Shown here piece by piece: positions 51,299 to 64,000 of a DNA stretch of 64,000 nt; position 1 is the first letter of the stretch, and every line of letters begins with the position of its first letter. The notes under the pieces are model-generated. The model worked only from the letters and a program-made list of their open reading frames with translations, was not told where the DNA came from and did not search any database. This DNA is from Octopus sinensis (lineage: Eukaryota). The translations under genes and the position numbers were made by a program. Location of the stretch: contig NC_043009.1 in assembly GCF_006345805.1 (NCBI RefSeq), positions 29,264,001-29,328,000 of the forward strand, read 5' to 3'.

Positions 51299-51340
<42 letters not shown>

Positions 51341-51341
<1 letters not shown>

Positions 51342-51889
51342 GAGTGAGAGAGCAGTTCATGCCATCAAAGTGACACTGGGGTAAAATATACGAAAGCCCA
51401 ATATACCCATCATGACTACCCATCTGATAAGGGTAAGCCAGGCACATGCATCACAACCATATGTGTGTGACATGGTGATCGCATACAAGATAAACAGCAC
51501 ATGACCTTGCAGGTGGGCCAGTTAGAATTTTCTTCATGTTGAGTAGCCCATCCCGCTCAAAGGCCTGAATAAGGGTTGTTTGAGGATGTTGAAAGAACCA
51601 CCGTGTTTCCAGAGGTGAATTATTCAAACCCCAAACAATCCCTCTCAACACATGGCTATGATGCTCCCCCACTACTTCTGCTCATGATCAGAGATGCACA
51701 TATCGTCAGCCACTAAGGGACATGCTCAACTGGTTAAGGTCAAACAACTGACAAGCAAATCTGTGGTATTGAGCAGAATATTTGCTGTAGCCCATCTTTT
51801 ATACCAAGACAAAACAATGTACATGATAACACTTCCAATCAGTTAAGATCAGAAGCCATGAGAGCCACTGCCTGGTACTGCATCAGGGC

Positions 51890-51892
<3 letters not shown>
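51341..51892. repeat. ~550-bp dispersed repeat flanked by (ATT)n
   Basis: tgagtgagagagcag...gcatcagggcattta, recognised from memory as a common octopus interspersed repeat; only one copy in this window. Confidence 0.6.
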
Positions 51893-51943
<51 letters not shown>

Positions 51944-52737
51944 CATTATTATCATTAAGGTGATGAACTGGCAGAATTGTTAGCATCCTGGGTGAAATGC
52001 TTAGCAGCGCTTTGCTCATCTCTACATTGTGAGTTCAAATTCCTTCCAGGTTGACTTCGCCTCTCATCTTTTCAGTGTCATTGAAATAAATGTCAGTTAT
52101 GCACAGGGGTTGATACAATCAAATATCCCCACCCACCCTAAAACATTTCAGGCCTTGTGCCTGTAGTAGAAAGGATTATCATCATCATCATCATTGCAGT
52201 CATCATCACCATCATCATTGCCCTTTCCCTCCTCTTCATCATCATCATCATCATTATAAAATATTACATATATATTAATAATACATTATTACTATCAATA
52301 TATATATATATATATTATATAATATATATATTTATATATATATATATAGATATATATATATATTTATATATATATACATATTTATATATATATATACATA
52401 TAGCTATACATATATATAATGATACATTGTTAGTATCAATATATATTACATATATACTTTTATATATAAACCTTTGTGTGTGTATGTATATATTCTTCTT
52501 GTTTGGAAAGAGTTACAGGACATGGGACAATGTATACACACGCAAATCAAATATACCTGTATATGTGTATGCATGTGTGTGTGTGAGCACATATGCATAC
52601 ATGTATGTCTCCACATTTCCGGTAACCCCTTTATAGCACTCTGTGAATGAATAGACCCTTGTGGCAAATAAATGAAAGAATTATTATTATTTTATAATTA
52701 CAATTATTAAATCACTGTAATTACTATCAGTTTCACC

Positions 52738-52789
<52 letters not shown>

Positions 52790-52791
52790 TG

Positions 52792-52828
<37 letters not shown>

Positions 52829-53837
52829 TAATAATAATAATAACAACTTCTTTATCACCATCATCATCATCATCATCATGATTATTATTATTATTATTAA
52901 TATTATTATTATTACTATATTTTGTTTCTTTCCTGCAGAAACTCTTTAACGAGATATAAAAATTAAATTGGATTTGAATTCTCTGCGAAAACAGCGTGGC
53001 AAAGCTAATTAATGCTTTGTTAATCTGACAAGAATCCAAGACATACCATTTCTTTATTTTCATTTCAACCATCTTGCTGTGTGTAAATGTTTACGTGCAA
53101 GCACACATACATGCATACACATCCACACACACACATCCACATCCACACAGACAGACAGACACACAGTCACACTTGCGTACACTTGTTTACAGTTAAAAGA
53201 TGAAGATATGTGGTTCACACATACATATGTGCGCAAGTTTATATATGTATATATGTGTGTGTGTATGTGTGTTTACATATATATATATATATATACATAC
53301 ACAGACGTTTATGTATGTGCATATACATACAAACACATACACACAAACATATATATTTATATAGATTTATGAGTGTATGTGTGTATGTATATAGACATAC
53401 ACAGCCATTCATAATCTTGTTCATACATTCAGATATATAAAGTGGTTCACACTTTTATACCCATGAATATATAATCGCCATAGGTACCCGTGTTGTTTTA
53501 CACAAATACAAAACTGTGTGACACAACACATATTCACACACATACTTATATACTGTAGATATTCATATTGCAGTCATACAGTACACTTTAACTCTTGCAC
53601 ACACATACACATACCGCTCACTGATACACACACACGTGTGAATACACACACACACACACACATACACACACACATACACATATATATATGTATATGTGTA
53701 TATATGTATGCATATATACACATAAACATTTATACATACACACACACACACATCTGAATATAAGTATATATATATTTATGTTTATACATGTGTATGTATG
53801 TATACATATATATATATATATATATACATACATATAT

Positions 53838-53870
<33 letters not shown>

Positions 53871-54215
53871 AGCACACACACATACACACACATGCATGAA
53901 CACACACGCACATTTTATATATTTATATTTCGTGTTATGCTAAGAAGTAGAGTACAGTACCAGAATTTTCAACTCGAATCAAATATAACAAACAAATCCA
54001 AATTGTTGTTACAGCATCCACATTAGTGAAGTGAAAGGCAACTAGTTTGGGGCTGGCATTGGGTCATATTAGTTGTGCTTATGAAGTGTAAACAAATAAT
54101 GATATTCTGAAATCACCTGAAAGGTATGTATTAAAACCTCATTATTGGATTTGACTTCATAATCAGAACTACATATAGATATACATACATATATGCATAT
54201 ATATATACATACATA

Positions 54216-54776
54216 CAGGGTGACCACCACACCACCACAAAAAAAAATCCAGAACCCTCAAATCTTTGAATAAAACTGTTTGAATAAAATGATGCGAGAC
54301 GAACAATGGTTCCAGCAAGACGGGGCCAGCCCCCACACATCGAATTACTCCCTAACCTGGCAGAGAGAGTGATTTCAAGAGTGACTTATCAGCAGGAAGT
54401 GTGATGTTGAGTGGGCCCCACATTCACCGGACTTGACTCCCCCACCAGATTTTTATCTGTGGGGTTATCTCAAGGATAATGTTTACCGGAACGACCCTCA
54501 AATGATAGGTGAACATAAGGTAGCAATCACAGCAGAAATCAGGGAATTCCCCAAAGAGGAATATGTTCGAGTAACTGACAATAATGTATGCAAGTGTTTA
54601 CATGATGTGTGCCATTTGTAGAATATTTGGAAAAGAATATGACTTTTATGCAAAGGGAATGGTCATACACAGACTGAAATTTAAGACCAGCAAATTTTTT
54701 GAAATTTCAAGAAATTTGCTGGACCTTCGTAGGATTCAATAAGATTTTTATGGATTCTGTTTTTCAGGGGTCACCC

Positions 54777-54778
<2 letters not shown>
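54216..54778 (+). mobile_element. Internally deleted Tc1/mariner element, DD41D (rosa)-type
   Basis: TA-flanked cagggtgacc...ggtcaccctg. The fragment WFQQDGASPH...EWAPHSPDLTPPPDFYLWGYLKDNVY has two in-frame stops. Confidence 0.85.
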
Positions 54779-54812
<34 letters not shown>

Positions 54813-55263
54813 ATGTATGTATGTCATTGTCATCATCATTACTTAATGTCTGCTGTCCATGCTGGCATAGATTGCAAGGTATGACCACAGTTGGCAAGCC
54901 GGGGAGCTGCACTAGTTTGATTTGGCATGGTTTCTCTGGCTGGATGCTCTTCCTATCGCCAACCACTTTACAGAGTGTACTGGGTGCTTTACATGGCACC
55001 ACATGGGTGTTTTCACATGTGGCTGAATGGGTGCTTTTACCTGGCACTGCCACGAGGGCTTTACATCATCAGAAGGACTGGTCTTAACATTTCTGCTGTG
55101 GAATATGGGTCTTCTTGAGTACAGCAAGATGCCAGGCATTGAAAGGTTCATCATCCTGATATAAATATAAATATAAATATATACCAAAGTAAGCACATAA
55201 ATGTGAAACAAGGCGGGGAGAAAATAGTACTCAAATACCAGAGGTAGAGTTATATGCTTTATT

Positions 55264-55455
55264 ATTATTAAAGCTGCAAAAACATTACAAAAATATCACA
55301 AAAAGCTGCTACTCAGAGTTTCACATTCCCATTCGTCAGACAGTTTAGATTGTGCAATGAACATACACACATAAACTGACAACGAACGAGAATGTGAAAC
55401 TCTGAGTAGCAGTTTTTTGTGATATTTTTGTGATGTTTTCTGTAGCTTTAATAAT
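55264..55455. repeat. Imperfect foldback with hammerhead-derived arms
   Basis: attattaaagct...ctactcagagtttcacatt / aatgtgaaactctgagtagcag...agctttaataat. Confidence 0.85.
55306..55343 (-). ncRNA. Minimal type I hammerhead fold
   Basis: CUGU CUGACGA AUG GGAA UGU GAAAC UCUGA GUA^GCAG, with near-palindromic stem III ACUCUGAGU. Confidence 0.6.
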
Positions 55456-55900
55456 GATGAAGTATATATATACGACAGGCTTTTCTCAGTTTCCATCTAC
55501 GAAACCCACTCACAAGGTTTTGGTCAGCCTGGGAGCTATAGTAGAACACACTTGCCTAAGGTGCCATATAATGGGATGGAACCCAGAACCATGTGGTTGG
55601 GAAGCAAGTTTCTTACCACACAGCCACACCTAAATATTTTCCTACCTACACACACACACAGATCATTTTGGGTTTACATTCACCATTCCTTCAAAAAGTA
55701 CCAATGGAATAAAATTAAAATAACAACAAATGTTTGATTTTGCTTTTTTTAAAATTGTTAACTTCAGATCTCCTTCCCAAGCTGTGCTTAGCTACCACAT
55801 GTCCTTTAAACTGAATTTGCTCTGAGAAATAATTCGCTAGATGTGAACTTCCTTCTCCCTTCTATTCAATGCATTGAAACTGTTTGAATGCATCACAAAC

Positions 55901-55962
<62 letters not shown>

Positions 55963-56178
55963 TGATGATGATGATAATAATAATAATAATACTAAAAAAT
56001 TATTAAGAAGTGAAAACTGAAGAAATACTAAAAAAAAATGTTTTAAAAAAATGCGTTTTGCCTTGAAGTTGAATTAGTGTCTTTGAGTAGAAAATATTCC
56101 ATGTTTTGCATGAGTGCAATGGGTGCAAACGAAGTTGCATAGTTCCCACATCATCTACATTGCTTGTCGTCTTTTTAG

Positions 56179-56292
56179 AAAATATACATTTGCTAATAGG
56201 ATAAACACAGCTATTGATTTCAAGGTGGTTCATCATTGCAGTGAGTGCAAAGAAGATGTGGAATGCATTCGTGGGGCTAATGTTTATTATAG
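56179..56292 (+). CDS. Candidate symmetric exon (114 nt, phase 2 to 2), Cys-containing, product unknown
   Basis: Acceptor ttgtcgtctttttag| and donor tatag|gtgggt. Frame KYTFANRINTAIDFKVVHHCSECKEDVECIRGANVYY. Confidence 0.5.
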
Positions 56293-56392
56293 GTGGGTGC
56301 ATTTGTTGCTCATTGTTAGCATGGATAGCCCCAATTTGTATCTATATTTATTACTTTATGCGCACATACAAGTAATACACACGCACACACAC

Positions 56393-56453
<61 letters not shown>

Positions 56454-57065
56454 CAAATATATATATATATACAAATATATATATACACAAATATATATAT
56501 ATACATATATTATATATATATATACATGTATATATATGTATATATACACACATACTATGAAGATGATGGCATATATATACATATATATGGTGGATATATA
56601 TATATATGTATGTATATCTTTATGTATGTATGTATGTATATATGTATGTATGTATGTATGTATATATGTGTGTGTGCATGTGTGTGTTTGTCTACTGATA
56701 CTCTGTATTTCCTTGTATAAAATGCTAAACTTACACATATACACATACATTGTCCATACATATATATTGTATAATGCCCTTGCTCTCTCTCTGTCTCTTT
56801 CATTTCATTTCATTTTATATGACTATAAATTTGAACATCTCACCATGACATTTTATAAAAAAGTTTTATTGAATGTTATGTATGAATGGACCTAGTGACA
56901 ATAATAAAGCAAAGACTGTTGTTGTTATCATCAACATCATCATCATTATTATTATTTTCTATATATTTAGTTTTCTTGACACTTTCACATCTCTCTCTCT
57001 TTCTCTCCCTCTCTCACTACAACACCACCAGGTTCACTTCCATAATATTGAGATATAGGAAGCTG

Positions 57066-57120
<55 letters not shown>

Positions 57121-58271
57121 CGCTATTATTATTCCAGTCCTGTACGTTCTGAGTTCAAATTCTGCTGAGGTGGTCTTTACTTTCCATTTTTTCAACATCA
57201 ATGAATTGAGTAGCAGTGGAACTCTGGGGTTGATGTAATCATCTTGCCCTCTCCCACCTATATTTCAGGCTTTGTGCCTACAGTAGAAATCATCATAATC
57301 ATCATCATCATTATCAATAGAAGTAATTGCTGTTGTTGTTGTTGTAATTAGAGACGGACAGAATCATTAGAACATTCAACAAAATGTCTTGTATTCCTTC
57401 TGATTCTTTCTGTTCTGCATTCAAATTCTGACAAGGTTGACTTGGCCTTTTATTTTTCTGAGATTGGTAAGTGTCAGTACCAGGAACATCCTGAGGCTGA
57501 CTGTAACCCAACAAACTCCCTCCACTGAAAATTTCTGGCATTCTACCAAATTTCGAAACAATTATTATTATTATTAAATATTTCCTTTGTTTCTCATGAA
57601 TGTAATGGATGCAATAACACAAGATATGCTACTTAAGCATTCACAATTCCACAAACTCACCCTCTTGGAATGGTATTTTATTTATCAACCCCAACAATGA
57701 TGAAATTCAAAATTGACCACTACAGGATTTGAACTCACAGAGCAAAGAGCTGGAAAATATATCAGAAGGCTTTCAATGAAATACTGTAAGAACTGCGTCG
57801 ATTCATCATTTTCAATATGAGAGTGATATAATTGCATGATTCCTTCACCTCGCTGTGAAACTTTCCAATTTCAGAATTGTAATCTAAGAAACTATAAGGT
57901 TTCTAATAAGTTAGGTGTTCAAGAGCTGGGATGAAATAAATGACGTGAAATGATATTAAAATCTAGAGATGATATTTCAACACAATTTGGGAGGTAAGAT
58001 ATAGGAACATCTGGTAAGTGTTAACCAAGGTAGATCAGTGCACTGACTCGAGGGCATAGAAGTGTAAGTGCCTTACTTGTCAAATTAGAGATCATGAGTT
58101 CAATTTCACACTGATGTTTTTAATTAATTTCTTGCCTTAGTGCACCCAGAATTTTGGACGATGTGCCAAATCATCTAGAATGATATATAAAGAGAATCAG
58201 CAGAAAATGTTGGAAGCAAAAAATGTCTTGAGTGTGCACTGGAATTAGTCTTACTGCAAAAGACATTAAAG

Positions 58272-58376
58272 TGGAATAAATGATGGACAAAATGCGAAAT
58301 TCTCTTGCTGTGCTAATGGAAACTTCACAAATTGGTTTGGCCATGGGTGGGGGGAGTTATTTCTGTTAGTGGATTC
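58272..58376 (+). CDS. Candidate symmetric exon (105 nt, phase 2 to 2)
   Basis: Donor ttc|gtaaga and weak acceptor taaag|. Frame GINDGQNAKFSCCANGNFTNWFGHGWGELFLLVD, phase-compatible with 56179-56292. Confidence 0.25.
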
Positions 58377-58514
58377 GTAAGAAAACTTACTCAAAAAAGG
58401 TGATAAATAAATTATATATACACACACACACTCATTTATATGCATATACACATGTTTGTGTATTTGTGTCTGAGTGTTTGTTGTTGTGTGTACATACATA
58501 ATACATACACACAT

Positions 58515-58569
<55 letters not shown>

Positions 58570-58689
58570 TTAATAAGATCGATATTTAAATATCAATATT
58601 ATCCTTATTTTAAAATATATATTATATATATTATATATATATAATTATATATTATATATGTATATATTATATAATATTAACACACACAC

Positions 58690-58723
<34 letters not shown>

Positions 58724-59649
58724 ATAAGCAAAGTTTAGGTTAGTTTTAAAATATGTTTGTGACATATTACAACTTCTAAAAGAAAAATTCACTGCAGTTA
58801 ACATAAAGGAAATTTTCTCTCATGGTAAAAATATATAAAAACACCATATCTGTTCAGTGTCACTATCTATCAGGATTCTCAGACATCGATATTTCTAGTT
58901 CCTTAGCTTCTATCAATTGGAAATATCTAAGAGATGCAACTCTGAACAGATTTTACAAAGCTGTAGCTTTATCTAAAATGGTCAACAACATTGGCTGATT
59001 TGTACCAGTTGACCCTGTAGAATTTTAGTTGAATGAATCAACACCAGCAATTAATTATCTGAAGCCAGGTACTTATTCTATCAATCTCATTTGCTGAACC
59101 ACTAAGTAACGGATACACAAACACACAAGTTGACAGGAGGTGGTGAAGAACAAACACAGACACAAAGACACACACACGTAGATATATATATATATATATA
59201 TACACAACAGATTTCTTTCAGTTTTCATCTACCTTATCAACTCACAAGGCTTTGGTCAGCCCAAAGCTGTAGCGGGAGACACTTGCCCTTGGTGCCATGC
59301 AGTGGGACTGAACCCAGAATAATGTGGCTGGAGAGCAAAATTTTCAGCGCACAGCCACACCTGTGCCAATGAATGTATATATGTGATGTGTTTGTGTGTG
59401 TGTGTATGTGTGTGCGTATGTGTGTGTGTGCGTGTAACTATAAATGTGTATCATCCACCCTTATACAATATTGTATAATAGCCTTGTATTTCTGTTACAA
59501 GCTATATAGACTTGTTCTTCTATTACACTCTTCTCAACACCTGACTGAAAACCATCAGCTCTCCCCCACTCAAATATTAAAAGAAAGACAGACAGGCAGA
59601 AAACTGGATACATATGTACAAGGAGTAGCACTTTGTTCAAACCTATATA

Positions 59650-60095
59650 CAGGGTTTGGACAAAATAATGGGAACACCTGAAAATTTCAAACAAATTTAT
59701 TTTAATATGGGGTAGAACCGCCTTTGGCAGTAATTACAACTTGAATTCTATAAGGTACAGACTCGTACAAAGTTTGAATTGTTTCCAAAGAAACTTTTGT
59801 CCATTCTTCAGCTAAATCAGTCTCCAGTTCTTGTAGTGATTATGGTGGAGGATATCGACTCCTTGCTTGTTTTTCTAAAGTGCACCATAAATGTTCAATT
59901 ATATTGAGATCTTGGGACTGTGGTGGCCAGATAAGATGTTCAACTTCACTAAAATGTTCCTCGTGCCATTCAGTAACGACTTTAGCTGCGTGAATTGGTG
60001 CATTATCATCCCGAAAGATTGCATTTCCCTCCGGAAACAGTTCCACAACCATAGGATGAATTTGATCAGATAAAATGCTTAAATAGTCTTGACTA
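59650..60095 (-). mobile_element. Tc1-like transposon 3' fragment with D-36-E spacing
   Basis: TA followed by TIR cagggtttggacaaaataatgggaacacc at 59650. The minus frame reads AIFRDDNAPIHAAKVVTEWHEEHFSEVEHLIWPPQSQDLNIIEHLW. Confidence 0.88.
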
Positions 60096-60269
60096 TTTCT
60101 ATATCTATACATGTAATATGCATGTGTATATATATACTTATGTCTGCATATATACATATATATGTATATACATACATATATTCGAATTAATAACGGAACT
60201 TGGAGCAATCCAAAGAAACTACACAAAGAAAATGATTCCAATGCAATGAATCAGCTACTGAGAAATACT

Positions 60270-60640
60270 GAAAGAATTAAAACGTTTCTCCTTAAAATGA
60301 AAGCAGAAAAGATATTCAGGGATATACATCTGGAGTATCCTGGAAGGCTTTGTACCAAACTTTGGCATTGAAAGTTACACAAACAGCAGAATGGGACACC
60401 ACAAAATAGTGCCAAAGACTCCAGCATCACCATCAAAATACAGGACCAGATACTGAAACAGTTTGGATTTCAAGCTCTTCAATATCCTTCCAAAATGTCT
60501 GAGAGACCTGCATGGTTTGGATGTAAGTGTCTTGAAAACAAAACAAGCTTTCCATATCAGCCTACCTCATGGCAAGAAACATATATGAGGGCAGTAGCAT
60601 CAAACTCTCTCATTCACCAAATGCCAAGTATTAGAGGAGG
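60270..60640 (+). mobile_element. CR1/L2-group LINE 3' fragment
   Basis: IYIWSILEGFVPNFGIESY...KLFNILPKCLRDL...RAVASNSLIHQ, with stops and frameshifts. Confidence 0.65.
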
Positions 60641-60743
60641 CCTCAAATAATGGAGTAGCACAGCCAGCGGTGGTGCCCCAGCATGACCACAGTGTTGAAG
60701 CTGAAACAATTTAAAGATTTAAAGAGTAAAGATTATATATGTA

Positions 60744-60778
<35 letters not shown>

Positions 60779-60782
<4 letters not shown>

Positions 60783-61286
60783 AAATCAAATTACGATAAA
60801 ATAAAAATAATTATAATCGCTGGTATTACTAACACAAGCCATATATTTTTCATATATCAGTACATTAAGGCGAAATATGTGCTAGGAATACAGAAGCTTG
60901 ATAAATTAAGTGAAATGAAGATAAAAACATTTACTAAACCGGTAATTCTCAAACTGCAGTTTCTTTCTTTTCAGCAATAAAGATAATTTATTTGCTCAGG
61001 GAGAATTCTTCAGTGAGACCCTGTTTTTCTGGGATCCTAACTCACTAGCAGCATGTGCTTCTAATGATTTACTCTCCCTAACTAATCATATCACTGCGCA
61101 GACTCCGAACGTCCCGACAAAACTAGGGAATTCTGGTATATCGCCTGGCGCTCATAATTTATCGAGAAATATGTAAACAAATCAAATTGCGATAAAATAA
61201 AAATAATTATAATCGCTGGTATTACTAACACAAGCCATATATTTTTCATATATCAGTACATTAAGGCGAAATATGTGCTAGGAATA
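60779..61286. repeat. 112-bp direct repeats spaced 396 bp apart (about 1.3 units of a ~396-bp monomer)
   Basis: 60779-60890 and 61175-61286 are identical except for one base (ttacg/ttgcg). Confidence 0.92.
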
Positions 61287-61489
61287 TATATATATAGTGA
61301 GAAAGAGAGAGAGAGAGAATGGGGAGAGAGGGTGAGAGGGAGGGAGAGAGAGAAAAGGGAGAAGGATTGGCACTTATGTAGATTTATCAGCATATACATA
61401 TATGTAGCAATATCTCTCTACCTATATCTATTTTTCATCTATCTTTCTACTTCTCTCTCTAGATGTGTATATATATATATATATATAAT

Positions 61490-61490
61490 A

Positions 61491-61525
<35 letters not shown>

Positions 61526-61871
61526 CGCACAAGTGTATAAGTGTGTGTATATGTGTGTTCATGTATATCTATATGCACAGACACATACACATAAAAAATT
61601 CTGTTTATTTTTTTTTAATATTATTGTTACTTTATTGATTTTTCTATTGTCACAAACAGTTTTTTTTTACCAAGTTTAATGTTGAAATATTAATTTTCTT
61701 TGAAATCTGTCTTGTATTATTTTTGTTTCCTTACTCATGTGAATGGTATATATAAAAATATATATATATATATATTATGTGTGTGTGTGTGCATCTGTGC
61801 ATGTGTGTCAGTGTACATATATATGTGCATATGTATATATGTATGAATGTATGTATGTATTTATATATTTA

Positions 61872-61915
<44 letters not shown>

Positions 61916-62754
61916 TATATATATGTAGTTCCTTTATTCACAAACTACTTATTTATTCCTTCATATCTCGCCATCGCTATTATTCTTTAATTATTGTTCC
62001 ATTGTTCAAAGAATGAAGCTCACAGAATGACTCACTGCAAAATTTGGTTTCATATTATAAAATTATATATTCTTATACTTCATACGAAAATATCTTTCTA
62101 GCTTTTCATTATTTTTTTTCTTGTATTTTCTTTTTCATTTTATTTTAATTTTATTTTACTTATTACGTGAAGGGGAAGAATAGTTTTCAAATGTATTTGT
62201 CTTTATTATATAATTTTGCTGAAGAATCTGTAAAGAGTTCTTGATTTGTTTTCAAATATCTTATCATTGCAGCAGTCTTTTAGACTCTGGAGAATGCAGC
62301 AATACCATTTTTTTACTTTTATTTTTCTTTTGTCTCTGACTTCCTTTAACATTTATGAGTTTATTTTTCTTGGTTAAATTTTCTTATTTTAAAACGAGAT
62401 TGATTGTGTTGCACTTATTTGCAGTGTTGGAAGATAGCGCATTGCAACCGTATTGGGTAAGAGGGTAAAAATAGCGCTACGATGCACCAAAACCAAAATG
62501 TGGATGCATAAGCACACACTGAAATGCATGCAGGTACTTTTAGATGCACCCACACATACACACATATATACTTGCATACACGTACAAATACACACACCCA
62601 TCTATATGTATAAGTATATATGTATATTCACATATACATGTGTGTGTGTGTGTGTGTGTGTGTTTATATATAAATATATATACAATTATTTAGATGTATA
62701 TAGTATATAGACACACTAACATTCTATCTAGTATACTTTTATGTACCTTAGTAT

Positions 62755-62794
<40 letters not shown>

Positions 62795-63165
62795 ATATAT
62801 ATATATATATATATAATATATACGCACAAGTGTATAAGTGTGTGTATATGTGTGTTCATGTATATCTATATGCACAGACACATACACATAAAAATTCTGT
62901 TTATTTTTTTTTAATATTATTGTTACTTTATTGATTTTTCTATTGTCACAAACAGTTTTTTTTTACCAAGTTTAATGTTGAAATATTAATTTTCTTTGAA
63001 ATCTGTCTTGTATTATTTTTGTTTCCTTACTCATGTGAATGGTATATATAAAAATATATATATATATATTATGTGTGTGTGTGTGCATCTGTGCATGTGT
63101 GTCAGTGTACATATATATGTGCATATGTATATATGTATGAATGTATGTATGTATTTATATATTTA

Positions 63166-63209
<44 letters not shown>

Positions 63210-64000
63210 TATATATATGTAGTTCCTTTATTCACAAACTACTTATTTATTCCTTCATATCTCGCCATCGCTATTATTCTTTAATTATTGTTCCATTGTT
63301 CAAAGAATGAAGCTCACAGAATGACTCACTGCAAAATTTGGTTTCATATTATAAAATATTATATATTCTTATACTTCATACGAAAATATCTTTCTAGCTT
63401 TTCATTATTTTTTTTCTTGTATTTTCTTTTTCATTTTATTTTAATTTTATTTTACTTATTACGTGAAGGGGAAGAATAGTTTTCAAATGTATTTGTCTTT
63501 ATTATATAATTTTGCTGAAGAATCTGTAAAGAGTTCTTGATTTGTTTTCAAATATCTTATCATTGCAGCAGTCTTTTAGACTCTGGAGAATGCAGCAATA
63601 CCATTTTTTTACTTTTATTTTTCTTTTGTCTCTGACTTCCTTTAACATTTATGAGTTTATTTTTCTTGGTTAAATTTTCTTATTTTAAAACGAGATTGAT
63701 TGTGTTGCACTTATTTGCAGTGTTGGAAGATAGCGCATTGCAACCGTATTGGGTAAGAGGGTAAAAATAGCGCTACGATGCACCAAAACCAAAATGTGGA
63801 TGCATAAGCACACACTGAAATGCATGCAGGTACTTTTAGATGCACCCACACATACACACATATATACTTGCATACACGTACAAATACACACACCCATCTA
63901 TATGTATAAGTATATATGTATATTCACATATACATTGTGTGTGTGTGTGTGTGTGGTGATATATAAATATATATACAATTATTTAGATGTATATAGTATA
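61490..64000. repeat. ~1296-bp tandem duplication running to the window end
   Basis: 61526 matches 62823, and the ORFs at 62389 and 63685 are identical. Differences are almost only microsatellite length or small indels. Confidence 0.95.

Noticed and set aside
62415-62597. Minus-strand ORF ending CAYASTFWFWCIVALFLPSYPIRLQCAIFQHCK (possible terminal transmembrane exon; duplicated at 63711-63893)
   Set aside because: Competes with an equally plausible plus-strand acceptor at the same place, its 5' part is microsatellite, and there is no way to decide from sequence alone.

Overview
AT-rich eukaryotic genomic DNA, most likely from an octopus or other coleoid cephalopod. That assignment is an inference from the extreme microsatellite load and SINE families I recognise from Octopus genomes. 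Much of the window is microsatellite, tRNA-derived SINEs and decayed transposons. These include a full-length frameshifted DD34D mariner inserted into a SINE, a DD41D rosa-type deletion derivative, a DD36E Tc1 fragment, a Buster/hAT remnant, RTE and CR1 LINE 3' ends, a Helitron-like element and several foldback elements. No prokaryotic genes, rRNA or CRISPR arrays are supportable, and almost all listed ORFs are microsatellite artefacts. I found a handful of candidate spliced exons on both strands but cannot name their products. The most notable signal is a set of small type I hammerhead-ribozyme folds from about six unrelated repeat families, of the kind known from Penelope-like element termini. 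They include a G3-C8 core-swap variant, palindromes carrying two outward-facing hammerheads, and a tRNA-headed SINE with a hammerhead near its 3' end. The window ends in a near-identical 1.3-kb tandem duplication. All folds and alignments were done by eye, and repeat boundaries are approximate.
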